From Aureliella sp. (GTDB lineage: Bacteria; Planctomycetota; Planctomycetia; Pirellulales; Pirellulaceae): a DNA stretch of 64,000 nucleotides. Below, piece after piece: positions 47,144 through 57,203 of the stretch. Under the pieces are notes generated by a model that was not told the DNA's origin, made no database searches, and saw nothing but the letters and a program-made list of their open reading frames with translations. Numbering within the stretch: the stretch's first letter is position 1; each line of letters begins with the position of its first letter. The stretch is from NCBI GenBank assembly GCA_963691875.1, contig OY829846.1:1728001-1792000 (forward strand), written 5' to 3'. The translations under genes and the position numbers were made by a program.

Positions 47144-47962
47144 CTAATCTTGGACTTTCTCAAGCAATCGACCTGGGCTGCCCATCATATGGTAGCCGCC
47201 GTCGACATGTAGGATTTCGCCCGAGACGCCATTGCTTAGGTCGCTCAGCAAAAATGCGCCCGTTCGACCAACTTCCTCATGGCTTACGTTTCGGCCCAAC
47301 GGTGCCATGTGCTCATAGAGTTTCAGCATCTCATCAACGCCAGCTGCGCGGCCAGCTAAAGTTCGCATTGGTCCGGCGCTGAGTGCGTTCACTCGAACAC
47401 CTTTGGCTCCCAAGTCATATGCAAGGTAACGAACCGATGCTTCCAGTGCGGCTTTGCAGATCCCCATAACGTTATAGCCTGGAACGCACTTCTCTCCACC
47501 AAAGTAGCTCATGGCTGCCACAGAGGCATGCTCATTGAAGATATCCTTGGCGGCATTGCAAACGGCGATCAAGCTGTACGCACTGATATCCATCGCGAGC
47601 TTGAAGCCATCGCGACTCGTTTCGATTGTATCCCGCGAAAGGTCGGCACGATCGGCAAAAGCAATGGAATGCAACAAGAAATCGATCTTGCCAAACTCCT
47701 GCGCAGTGGTGTCAATCACAGACTTGATATTCTCATCATTCTGCACATTGAGAGGCACCAGAAACTTTGCGTTGTCATACTGATCCGTCAGCTTGCTGAC
47801 ACGCATACGGTTCTTTTTTCTTTCCGCATCTTCTGGATCGGGCAGGTGCGTGAAGCCGCATTCGCCACCATTTTCGAGGATGAATTTGGAGATCGCCCAT
47901 GCGATCGAGTTCTCATTGGCTACGCCAAGAATCAGGCCTTTTTTTCCGGCAAAAATTGACAT
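47144..47962 (-). CDS. fabI: Enoyl-ACP reductase (NADH)
   Basis: GKKGLILGVAN..SIAW, DFLLHSIAFA, ISAYSL, YNVMGICKAALE, SAGPMRTLA, GEILHVDGG. Confidence 0.95.
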   Translation of the reverse strand: MSIFAGKKGLILGVANENSIAWAISKFILENGGECGFTHLPDPEDAERKKNRMRVSKLTDQYDNAKFLVPLNVQNDENIKSVIDTTAQEFGKIDFLLHSIAFADRADLSRDTIETSRDGFKLAMDISAYSLIAVCNAAKDIFNEHASVAAMSYFGGEKCVPGYNVMGICKAALEASVRYLAYDLGAKGVRVNALSAGPMRTLAGRAAGVDEMLKLYEHMAPLGRNVSHEEVGRTGAFLLSDLSNGVSGEILHVDGGYHMMGSPGRLLEKVQD

Positions 47963-48208
47963 CTTTGTGTGGGTCCAACTGCAAAGGAATTCTCAACATC
48001 TCGGCGTGATTCATTGCCGAGGATCGGGTGAACGGATCGTGAATCCGCTTACTACCCTGGGAAGGTAGGGCAGCAAAAAGTTCTACAAAGCAGATAAGCT
48101 TGAATACTTAGACGCCAAGGTCTGTCGAGCTTGACGCCCCATTCTCGCGTACCGCTTCACCCCAGAGTGACTAGGGACCTACCGAACAGGAGGAAGAATG
48201 TAACAGCA

Positions 48209-49576
48209 CTAGCTCACTTTAGGGATATCAAATCCTGCTCGACGCTTTCTCGCGAAGAAAGTTGCTGCCTCCTCGTCGCCCAAAATCTTTTCTTGCTCGG
48301 CATCCCAGCGGATTTCGCGTCCCAGACGTGCAGCGATCACACTGAGGTGGCACGTCGCCATGGCCTGGACGTGTGTAAAAACGTCCGAAATGGGCAAGCC
48401 ACCTTCACGCAAGCAGCGATAGAAGTTGTCCTTGTGCCCTTCTGGTTGCTTACCCTTATAGAGTTCGGTTAGCTCCGGTTCCCCAAATGCACCTTTGTCC
48501 CAGTTTTCCTCGATAGGTTTGCCGGTAATCTTGCCGCGATTGACAAAGAGCCGTCCCTTTGTGCCGGTGAACAAAATCCCATTGTCGCCACGGCTCGTCA
48601 CATCCATTTGAATGCCATTAGCAAACTTGCAAATGACATTGAAGTCGTGCGAAGAATTGTAGCTATCATCGCGGGTCGCATATCCCTGTTCGTAAGGCAC
48701 AGGATGCTTGGCGTCTGTTCCATCTATGGTCACAGGGCCCATTCCTTCTCCGTTCATGCCGATAGCCCAAGTGGCGATGTCGACGTGGTGCGCTCCCCAG
48801 TCTGTAAACTTGCCGCCTGAATACTCGTACCACCAGCGGAAGTTTCCGTGACAACGCTGCGGGATGTAATCCACCATCGGTGCCTGCCCTAACCAGTTGT
48901 TCCAATCCAAGTTGGCGGGTGCAGGTTGTTTCTTAAACGGTCCGCCTACACTGCCACCGTTAATACCGACCTGAATATGTTGAATCTCGCCCAGGAAGCC
49001 TTTCTGCACCATATTTACAGCACGGAGGAACTTTCTTCGGTCACTTCTCTGCTGCGTTCCGACGAAAAACACCTTGTCATTGTGCTTCTTGCAAGCGTTG
49101 CGAATAAGCTGGTTTTCTTCAAGCGTCAAGGTCAACGGTTTCTGACAAAAGACGTGCTTACCTGCTTCTAGTGCTTCGATCGCAATCTTAACATGCCAGT
49201 GATCCGGAGTTACGACGCTGACGATGTCGATATCCTCCCGATCCAAAACTCTTCGGTAGTCGCTATATACATCCGCTTTTCCACCACCGATCCGCTCATC
49301 TTTGTTGGCTCGCTCGGCATGATTACGGTCCACGTCACAGCATGCAACAATATCTGCGAATCGTTTGTGGGCTCGTGCATCGCCGGACCCCATTCCGCCA
49401 AGTCCGATACAGCCAACGCGTGGGCGATCATTGGCTGACTGGTTGGCAAAGGCCGGCGTGGACCAAGCGAAGTAAGGGATGGCCGAAGCCGCCGCTACCG
49501 TTCCACTCGCCTGGGCGAGAAACTTCCTTCGGTGCGGTGCGTTATCCTGCTTTGCGGCTTGATTCTGGTCGGACAT
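48209..49576 (-). CDS. Tat-exported Gfo/Idh/MocA oxidoreductase
   Basis: HRRKFL Tat motif; IGLGGMG; TPDHWH; CQKPL; GTQQRS; DWGAHHVD. Confidence 0.92.
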   Translation of the reverse strand: MSDQNQAAKQDNAPHRRKFLAQASGTVAAASAIPYFAWSTPAFANQSANDRPRVGCIGLGGMGSGDARAHKRFADIVACCDVDRNHAERANKDERIGGGKADVYSDYRRVLDREDIDIVSVVTPDHWHVKIAIEALEAGKHVFCQKPLTLTLEENQLIRNACKKHNDKVFFVGTQQRSDRRKFLRAVNMVQKGFLGEIQHIQVGINGGSVGGPFKKQPAPANLDWNNWLGQAPMVDYIPQRCHGNFRWWYEYSGGKFTDWGAHHVDIATWAIGMNGEGMGPVTIDGTDAKHPVPYEQGYATRDDSYNSSHDFNVICKFANGIQMDVTSRGDNGILFTGTKGRLFVNRGKITGKPIEENWDKGAFGEPELTELYKGKQPEGHKDNFYRCLREGGLPISDVFTHVQAMATCHLSVIAARLGREIRWDAEQEKILGDEEAATFFARKRRAGFDIPKVS

Positions 49577-49683
49577 GGAAAGGATCTCCTTGGGAGAAAA
49601 GTGTTTGGGTTGGGTATTCCTATCTTAGGTGCGGGGTAACGGTCGTTCCATCTAAGGGATTCGACGCTTCACCGCCGAATTGG

Positions 49684-52170
49684 CTAGTGGGGCTTGGGGG
49701 AATCGTCAATCAATCGCGGCCCGAAACCCTCGCGAAGAAGATAACTTCGGTTAACCACCGGAGACTCGAAGCTATCTTGATTACCATTTGGCCAAGTTAC
49801 CTTCACTTCGTCTACCAAGTCGACGGAGCCGAGGCCAAACCTGAGTAGCTTTTCATTGCTGGACATGTAGCCGCTCCCTGCAGTCCGGAGACCAGTCTTT
49901 GTTTTTCCGTTTGTGACGATGTCTATTTTGGCCCCAATGGCATCGCGATCCGTGGTCGAACCGACAAACTGGAACGCTATCCAATTGCCTACCTCGGAGG
50001 AGCGATTGGTTACCAATGAGGCTCTTGTATTGAGTTCGGAAACGACAAAGTCATCGAGTCCATCGCGGTTCCAATCCAGCACGGCCAAGCCTCGGCCTCG
50101 CACGGCATCGCCGAGCCGAGCGACAACAAGGCCAAGCCCCTTGGCTTCTGTCTGTCGCCCAAGTAGACCTGCTTTCTCTGAAACATCTACAAAAGTTCCG
50201 TCACCTTTGTTTAACCAGAGACGGTCATCGACGCCATCGTAGGCGAGCGGTCCACAATTTTTCCCGATGCTGTCGCACAGCACAGCGCGATCAAGCGGAA
50301 CATCGAGATAGTTCACATCAAAAATGTCAGGCAGGCCGTCCGCATTCAAGTCTGCGATCGCAGCACTACTCGTCCATACACCCGGGCTTGCAGACCAAGG
50401 GCCGGGCATCTCAGAAAAAGTCCCGTCACCATTGTTGCGGTAAAGCTTGTTGGGCCCGATGTTCGCGACATACAAATCCGAAAAACCATCATTGTCGAAG
50501 TCACCTACGCTGCAGCCTTGGCTAAATTTCATATCCGCGACATCCGCCTGGAACGAAACCTCTTCAAACATTTCACCCCCGACACTGCGGTACAACGTAT
50601 TGTGGAAACCAGGCTTCTCGGGAGTCCCCGGTAGATTTCCACCTTGAGGAAAATAGATTTCTGGCCATCCATCGTTGTCAAAGTCAACCACACCGACTCC
50701 GCCACCCGTCTGATGCATGATCGAAGGCTGGTCTTGCTCAGATCGGTCGTCGAGAAAGCGAAAGTCGATTCCTGTCGCTTCAGATTCATCTGTAAGCGTA
50801 GGGAACTCAGCGGCTACAAGCACAGTTTCGGTGACTTGTGATTCAGACTGTTTCCAAACAACCTGCGGCAACGATTGTTGCCTTGGCAAGTCTACAAGAA
50901 ATTGGTGCAACTGCTCGGCTTGCATTTGTACTTCGTTCTTTGACGCCTCCTGCAACTGCCGCAATTGGCGAACTCGAGCACGGGCGTTGGGATTCGTGGT
51001 TTGTTTTTCAAGTTCCGCAATCCACATTTCGAATTCATACGGACGATTCAATCTCCACGTTGTCTCTGCCGCCGCCCCCAAATGTTGTACTGACTCAGGA
51101 GCCCGATACAGCTCATCGGTGGCGGAATGTAACAGCGTGAGGTGGTCAACTCGCTCGTAAAGATAGTCTACCTGCTCGGAGAAGCGTCCTGGAAAGCCGC
51201 GTTTCATGAATGATGCCAAGTAGTAGCAAGCACCTCGATGATCTGGATTGAGCTGAACGGCCATGCTCATGCAGCGAATTGCAGCAGGCAACTGGTTTTC
51301 GTGATCCGCCCAGAGTCCCTTGACATACCAAATGTCAGGATGACTCTCGGCATTTTTGGGAAGTTGCGATTGCCATTCAATCAGCGCAGTGAAATCCGTC
51401 CGAACAAGTGCTTTTCCGACCCAAGCGTGGCCAGAAACGAGAGCCGGATGAGCTTTTCTGACTTTTTGCATCAATGGCAAAGCAACTTGAGTATTTCCTG
51501 TTCCAAATTGCATTGCAGCGAAGGCCAGCATTTGCAAAGGTTCGTTTGGAACTGCATCTCCCCAGATTGCGAGCAAGGCGTCATCGGCGATTGTTGGGTT
51601 CAGCAGGCCGAGTAGCAAAGCGTGTTGCTGTTTCGCTCGCTTGTCCTCTACTAGCTTTTCCAGCAATCCCTTCATTTCCCACACGCGTCCCTGCGCAGCG
51701 AGGATGTGGGCGAGTAGAGCACGTGCTTCATGCTGATTCGCATTGTTTTTAATGGCCCCTTTCCAACATTCCTCGGCAACTTCGCAGTGCCCCATCTCAA
51801 TACAGATATTTCCAGCTTCGAGCAAGAAATCGGAAAGCTCGCCTTGTGGGGTCACCAAGAAATCGGGATAGCCGGACTGCTGCGCAGCTTCAATAGATGA
51901 CAGAGATTTATAACGCTCCAATGTCTGGTCGTACTCGCCGGTGCGGATGCTGGTGATCGCTAGTAGTTGGTGAATGGCAGTTGACTCTGGATAGTCACGA
52001 AGTAGCTCATTCGCCACTTGCTGCGTTTGAGTATGGTTCCCCTTCGTGGCTGCATCCATGGCTTCGGTCCAACGCAATTGAGCGTTAGTCGGGATCAGCT
52101 GCCAAATACCAACTCCGGCGGCAATGAGCACCAGAAAGACAACAACTAGAAATATACGATTATTCACCAA
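49684..52170 (-). CDS. TPR + FG-GAP + ASPIC/UnbV (CRTAC1-like) protein, apparently internally shortened
   Basis: N-terminal TM and TPR-like helices; DFDNDGWPE, DFDNDGFSD, DLNADGLPD, DWNRDGLDD; ASPIC RDAIGA, GSGYMSSNE..L.FGLG, V.WPNG. Confidence 0.85.
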   Translation of the reverse strand: MVNNRIFLVVVFLVLIAAGVGIWQLIPTNAQLRWTEAMDAATKGNHTQTQQVANELLRDYPESTAIHQLLAITSIRTGEYDQTLERYKSLSSIEAAQQSGYPDFLVTPQGELSDFLLEAGNICIEMGHCEVAEECWKGAIKNNANQHEARALLAHILAAQGRVWEMKGLLEKLVEDKRAKQQHALLLGLLNPTIADDALLAIWGDAVPNEPLQMLAFAAMQFGTGNTQVALPLMQKVRKAHPALVSGHAWVGKALVRTDFTALIEWQSQLPKNAESHPDIWYVKGLWADHENQLPAAIRCMSMAVQLNPDHRGACYYLASFMKRGFPGRFSEQVDYLYERVDHLTLLHSATDELYRAPESVQHLGAAAETTWRLNRPYEFEMWIAELEKQTTNPNARARVRQLRQLQEASKNEVQMQAEQLHQFLVDLPRQQSLPQVVWKQSESQVTETVLVAAEFPTLTDESEATGIDFRFLDDRSEQDQPSIMHQTGGGVGVVDFDNDGWPEIYFPQGGNLPGTPEKPGFHNTLYRSVGGEMFEEVSFQADVADMKFSQGCSVGDFDNDGFSDLYVANIGPNKLYRNNGDGTFSEMPGPWSASPGVWTSSAAIADLNADGLPDIFDVNYLDVPLDRAVLCDSIGKNCGPLAYDGVDDRLWLNKGDGTFVDVSEKAGLLGRQTEAKGLGLVVARLGDAVRGRGLAVLDWNRDGLDDFVVSELNTRASLVTNRSSEVGNWIAFQFVGSTTDRDAIGAKIDIVTNGKTKTGLRTAGSGYMSSNEKLLRFGLGSVDLVDEVKVTWPNGNQDSFESPVVNRSYLLREGFGPRLIDDSPKPH

Positions 52171-52497
52171 AATGCCCTATTGGCTGCTTTGATTTACTTT
52201 GCGCGTCTTAGAGTTTAGCATCTTCCCATTCTGTTCATGAGCCACCCTCTTGGGGCTATCGTTTGGCCTGCCATTGTTCGAAAATGGTGAAGAGAACGGA
52301 ACGTGCAAATGTGGTGATTCCTCCAACGGGAGATTCAAGAAAATGTCCGTCCCAGACTCGGCGTAAAACGCGTGGTTCATCATTCGGAGGATTAGGAGTA
52401 AACTGCGCCCCGAGGGCGAATTTCGCTTAGCACTGTGTTGCCGTAGCCTAATCTTAGCACAGCAAATTCTAAATCATTCAACCGATTGGACCCGGAA

Positions 52498-52986
52498 ATG
52501 CCAGATGGACCACTTCGCATTGCAATTGGCGGAGATCATGCGGGATTCAGCACCAAAGCAACCTTGGCCGAGCTGCTTCAGAAGCAGGGACTGACCATCA
52601 TTGATTGCGGTGCAAAGAGTGAGGAGCCCTGTGATTTTCCGGACTTTGCCGAAAAGGTTGCCATTGAGCTGTTATCAGGCAATGTCGAGCGGGGCATTTT
52701 AGTTTGCGGTAGTGGCGTCGGGGTCAGCGTTGCAGCGAATAAGATCCCTGGAATCCGAGCGAGCTTGTGTCACGATTCCTATTCGTCTCGACAAGGAGTC
52801 GAGCATGATGACATGAACGTGTTGTGCATCGGAGCTCGTGTGATAGGTATCGAGTTAGCGCAAGAAGTCGTGCGTTCCTTTCTTTCGGCGACTTACGCGC
52901 CGCAGCCCCGTCACCAGAAAAGAGTAGATAAGATTTTGGAAATTGAGCGCAAAGCCTTGGCAGGAGAGTACCCGACAGGCGGATAG
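52498..52986 (+). CDS. rpiB: Ribose-5-phosphate isomerase B
   Basis: GGDHAG, CGSGVG, ANKIPGIRA, EHDDMNVL.IGAR, RHQKRV. Confidence 0.93.
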   Translation: MPDGPLRIAIGGDHAGFSTKATLAELLQKQGLTIIDCGAKSEEPCDFPDFAEKVAIELLSGNVERGILVCGSGVGVSVAANKIPGIRASLCHDSYSSRQGVEHDDMNVLCIGARVIGIELAQEVVRSFLSATYAPQPRHQKRVDKILEIERKALAGEYPTGG

Positions 52987-53111
52987 CAGTTGGCAATTGA
53001 AGGTCGGCTGCTGTTCGAAAACGTGGAGGGACTCTGGTCCCGAATGACCTGAGGCTTCGCTAGAATAGTACGGGCGAACTAGCAAATTCTGTGTCGTTAA
53101 GGAAACGTGAA

Positions 53112-53486
53112 ATGGCCAAGAATGTTTTAGGCACAGACCTGCAGACTTGTGGTACTGATCCCATGACCGGGTTCTTCCGAGATGGATGCTGCAATACGGG
53201 GGCCGATGATGCAGGAATGCACACTGTCTGTGCGGAAGTCACTGATGACTTCTTGAGATTCTCGAAGCTCAAGGGCAACGATTTGTCGACACCGATGCCC
53301 ATGTACGAGTTTCCTGGTCTTCGGGAAGGAGATCGTTGGTGCCTGTGTGTGCTGCGGTGGAAGGAAGCATTCGAAGCTGGCATGGCGCCCAAAGTGAATC
53401 TGAAAGCAACCCATATGTCCGCGCTTGAGTTCTTGGACCTCGAGGACTTAAAGTCACATGCAACTGAAGATAGCGTTGAGCCGTGA
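53112..53486 (+). CDS. DUF2237 family protein
   Basis: NVLG..L..C..DPMTGFFRDGCC, HTVCA, GNDLSTP, FPGL..GDRWCLC..RW. Confidence 0.9.
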   Translation: MAKNVLGTDLQTCGTDPMTGFFRDGCCNTGADDAGMHTVCAEVTDDFLRFSKLKGNDLSTPMPMYEFPGLREGDRWCLCVLRWKEAFEAGMAPKVNLKATHMSALEFLDLEDLKSHATEDSVEP

Positions 53487-53554
53487 ACCTGCTGGGAAGT
53501 TCGACCGTCATAGCGGCATTCCTTTGCAATACCGCTTTTGAGCTCCCCAAACTG

Positions 53555-53908
53555 ATGATCGCCAAGCTCTCAGTACTCTTTGTCTGCTCCATGAACCAGT
53601 GGCGGAGTCCCGCTGCAGAGCAAATCTACAGAGACCACCCTGCAGTGAATCCACGATCTGCAGGCACCAACAAAGGAGCACGGCGGGCAGTGTCCTCCGA
53701 ATTAATTGAATGGGCGGACTTGGTATTCGTGATGGAGCAAAAGCACCTGAAGCGACTTCGCGAGCAATTCTCAGAAACCATGCGTTCCAAGCCGGTGGCT
53801 GTCTTGGATATTCCAGACCGCTATCGCTACATGGATCCCGAATTAATCGGTGAACTGCAGAGGTCTGTGAATCCGATCCTGGAGCAGGCTCTTCAGGGTG
53901 GCGGCTAG
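53555..53908 (+). CDS. Low-molecular-weight protein-tyrosine phosphatase family protein
   Basis: P-loop CSMNQWRS (CX5R), SAGT, WADLVFVME, LDIPD.Y.YMD; ORF extends to 53483. Confidence 0.85.
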   Translation: MIAKLSVLFVCSMNQWRSPAAEQIYRDHPAVNPRSAGTNKGARRAVSSELIEWADLVFVMEQKHLKRLREQFSETMRSKPVAVLDIPDRYRYMDPELIGELQRSVNPILEQALQGGG

Positions 53909-56900
53909 CCAATAGGACTTGGTGGTAGGCCAGCTGAGGGTAAAGGCAAGTTGGACATAGCTACTGCATGAGTCCCACTCGATTCACTTGGCAATCCGCC
54001 TTTTTCGCCAACATCGACTGCTTTTTCCATAGCAAAGTCAAATTCAAAGAGGCTAGAAACAGGGTCCCAATCGATGTCGACACGCGTGTGAAGGCGTTCA
54101 GCCAGCTGTAACGTTTGAGTCGTTGGGCGACATTGGCTGGTAAGGGCTTGAATAAAGCCGGTTTGCACGCCATCACAGGCAACAAATGCTCCAAGGCTAG
54201 CCGGAGCGCTGATGACGCAAGTCGTCTCTTCGAGCCCCTCTCGGCGAAGTAATTGTTGTAGTAGCTCCTGATGCTCTTTCGGTGCTACAGCGAATCGATA
54301 CACCTTACATCCATACCCCGAGACTTGTGGAGCGAATTCTGTCAGTTGGTCCACAGACAGGCTGCAGTCCTGGCGTGAGTCTTCCTGTGCCCCGTATCGT
54401 GAGAAATCGATTTGGTGCGAGGCAACGTGCTGTTCGCAAGCTGCCTTGGCAAACTTGAAGATCGAAAGGAGGTTGTTGTCGTTTTCAAGAATCTTTTTAC
54501 TACTAGCCGTACCAGGGACAGTCGTCTGTGCTTCCCGATGCACAATCTGCTCCAGGTCAGAACTGATCCTGCGAAGGAGTCGCTGGATTTCGGTAGGCAA
54601 CTCAGAGATCTTTTCTCGGAGGTTATCGCAACTCAAGCGACTTTCCGCTTGAAGCGAGATGGCCCAGCTTTCAATTTTGGCTCGTAGTGTTTCGCCACCA
54701 GCCTGAAACTTGCCAAGGAAGCCTATCAGCTCGGCAATCATCTGCTTTAGGTAGCTTTCCATGCGAGTCAGACACTCTTCCGTATTGCCGAAATCAGCTG
54801 GGAATACGGCTTCAAGCAACGCTCGGCCGTGCGACTGGGTGTAGTCAAGGATGCTCTCGATCATACGCAGCTGAATGCGTTCAATTTGCCGCCAGGCAAA
54901 GACCTTCATTCGCACGGCGTTGTAAAAATTGCCGCGCCAGATCTCGATATCACGGTATATCTGTTTACCAATAACACACGAATCAGCGCTCAGTCTCGCC
55001 AACCAAACACGCCTGAAGGCTTCACGCTGTTCTGCCGTAGCGGCTCCGATTCTCGTCAAGGCAGCGCTCTCAACAAAGCCCATTCGTTGCAGCGTGCGTT
55101 TGACCACCTCCTGGTTGCTCGCTTCACACGATTCAGAATCCAGTCCCCGCTTTGCCCCTTCAGACTCCTCTTTGGAGGATTCTTTGTTCCCAGTGGACTC
55201 CAGGTATTCGTGCATCTCGAAAACGGCATTGGCAACGGCCAATTTGGTAACTGACTCTTGATCTGTGGGTTCAAACAGTTGTAGTGGACTGGCAGACGCG
55301 GAGCGAATCCAGCCTTCCTCTTGCTGTCCCCGCGCTACTCGGTCTTCCGACAAGGCAAGGCTGACGGCAGTTTGTGAATCAACAAAAACGGCATTCGCCA
55401 GACTTTGAACGGCAGGATTGACGCTTTTAGCATCGCCATGAAGCCCGCCATCCAACAATGTCACCCAGTCAAACGGACGATTGTTTGCTGCAGGTGTATC
55501 TTTATGATACAGGTTAGGGTTTTCACGCGAACTGTCCATCAGCTGTTTTAGCTCTGCAAACGTTGCGATAGCGTTGGCGGATGGCATACACGCACTCGGA
55601 CTCTTTAGCGTCGTTGCCCAGAGCAGATTAGCGCAGATTCGATAATTATTGTATTTAAGGTCCGACATGACGCGGCGTATAAGCAGGCCAAACTCGCTCA
55701 GCATCCCACTGCCCGTTCCGCCATGTATTGATGCGAGCAAGTAGATGCATAGCGGGTTCTCGCAAGCCTGATCTTTCTCGTGCTCATGAATAAGTTTGGA
55801 CAGCTCTTCGCGCAGCTTAGCCTTCAAAGCTTCATAGTGGTCAAGCAACGCAAGAAGCGCGATCGGACGCACGCCTTCAGTCGTCCGAGATTTTGGGATA
55901 TTGTAAAGCCATCTTCGCGAGATTGGCTGCAGCAACCCAGGAGAGGACTCGCGGTAATCGATGGGTTTGTAAATTGGAATCTGCACGACCTGGCTATCCG
56001 AAAGTCGAGCGTTGCCGATGGGATTAACCAGCTGAGCCAAGTTTTCGCTTGCCGTGTCGACGCCCAGCCAGCCGTGATCCTCGACTGCCAATCGCGAATC
56101 ATAGTTGTTGAAAACGAGATGTCTCAAGTGTGCGAGAGCATCGCACCCCATTCCACCCAAAGCTAGGAAGAGACTTCGAGGCATGCAGTAGGAATCACCT
56201 ACTTCCTCTACTTTCATCGCAGGAGCAAATCGAAGATTGCCCGAGTCGGATGTATACGATTGATGCGTCTGAACCTTATCCTTACTTTCAGCCGGCTTTT
56301 CACAGTCCGCTTGGTCGTCTCTCGTAGAGGCAGCGGGTAAAGCTGAAGCACGGGCCTTCTGCAGCATCTCGATTAGCTGTCGGCAGGAACTGTAGCGATC
56401 CAGTGGGTTCTTAGACAGCGAGCGCTTAATGATCGGCCGGTCTGCGGGCGGCAACGCATCCAGCTCCGGTTCCGCCGTCAAGTGTTTTCGCGCTAACTCT
56501 GCCGTATTGCTTCCGGAGAATGGCAAACACCCAGTCAGCAACTCCATGTAGACGATTGCAAGCGAGTACTGATCGCTTCTGTGATCAGGCATGCCGTCGA
56601 GAATTTCAGGCGCAGAGTATGTCGGTGTGAGCCCTTTGACCATGGACTGCGAACTGTTGTGTAAGTCCTTGACCAAGCCAAAATCGGCAACTTTGACGCG
56701 ATTGGCTATCAAGAGCAGATTGCTGGGCTTTACATCCAAGTGTTGCAGAGAATGTTTTTGGGCAAGAAAGTCAAGTCCATCAGAAGTATCGCGCATGAAT
56801 TCTAAGAGGGTGGCGCGTGGGATACCGGGTTCGCCCTGACACCTGTACTGGTGAAAACGATTCAACAAACTGCCTTCTGCCAGTTCCGTGACAATGACCA

Positions 56901-57156
56901 CCTGACTGTCAATGATCTCGATACGTTCAAGCGAAAGCAAGAACGGGTGGCTGACCTCCTTGATACGCTGCAGACTATTCAATTCCGCACTTGCATGCGA
57001 CTCTTCTACTGAACCTAAGACGAGTTTTACTGCCTTCTGGAGTCCGCCCGGAGCATCCGCCAACCACACCTCGCCATAGCCACCCGCACCAATTCGCTTA
57101 CGGAGCTTGTAGCCAGGGATGATCTCAAGACCGACTTTTTCTGGTGGACGAGTCAT
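53905..57156 (-). CDS. Ser/Thr protein kinase fused to a tubulin/FtsZ-like (Tubulin_2) domain
   Basis: Kinase GAGGYG, AVK, HLDVKPSN, DFG, APE, DQYSLA; tubulin-like LALGGMG, GVDT, SIHGGTGSG. Confidence 0.88.
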   Translation of the reverse strand: MTRPPEKVGLEIIPGYKLRKRIGAGGYGEVWLADAPGGLQKAVKLVLGSVEESHASAELNSLQRIKEVSHPFLLSLERIEIIDSQVVIVTELAEGSLLNRFHQYRCQGEPGIPRATLLEFMRDTSDGLDFLAQKHSLQHLDVKPSNLLLIANRVKVADFGLVKDLHNSSQSMVKGLTPTYSAPEILDGMPDHRSDQYSLAIVYMELLTGCLPFSGSNTAELARKHLTAEPELDALPPADRPIIKRSLSKNPLDRYSSCRQLIEMLQKARASALPAASTRDDQADCEKPAESKDKVQTHQSYTSDSGNLRFAPAMKVEEVGDSYCMPRSLFLALGGMGCDALAHLRHLVFNNYDSRLAVEDHGWLGVDTASENLAQLVNPIGNARLSDSQVVQIPIYKPIDYRESSPGLLQPISRRWLYNIPKSRTTEGVRPIALLALLDHYEALKAKLREELSKLIHEHEKDQACENPLCIYLLASIHGGTGSGMLSEFGLLIRRVMSDLKYNNYRICANLLWATTLKSPSACMPSANAIATFAELKQLMDSSRENPNLYHKDTPAANNRPFDWVTLLDGGLHGDAKSVNPAVQSLANAVFVDSQTAVSLALSEDRVARGQQEEGWIRSASASPLQLFEPTDQESVTKLAVANAVFEMHEYLESTGNKESSKEESEGAKRGLDSESCEASNQEVVKRTLQRMGFVESAALTRIGAATAEQREAFRRVWLARLSADSCVIGKQIYRDIEIWRGNFYNAVRMKVFAWRQIERIQLRMIESILDYTQSHGRALLEAVFPADFGNTEECLTRMESYLKQMIAELIGFLGKFQAGGETLRAKIESWAISLQAESRLSCDNLREKISELPTEIQRLLRRISSDLEQIVHREAQTTVPGTASSKKILENDNNLLSIFKFAKAACEQHVASHQIDFSRYGAQEDSRQDCSLSVDQLTEFAPQVSGYGCKVYRFAVAPKEHQELLQQLLRREGLEETTCVISAPASLGAFVACDGVQTGFIQALTSQCRPTTQTLQLAERLHTRVDIDWDPVSSLFEFDFAMEKAVDVGEKGGLPSESSGTHAVAMSNLPLPSAGLPPSPIG

Positions 57157-57203
57157 GCGTTATTGGGCGTCAGAGGTGAAATGCAATCTCGAGAGAAGCA
57201 ATA

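Noticed and set aside
52177..52383. 68-aa ORF upstream of the ASPIC gene
   Set aside because: No recognisable features; probably promoter or intergenic DNA
53905..57156. Calling the tubulin-like domain ftsZ
   Set aside because: Fused to a kinase, highly divergent, and no dcw cluster context
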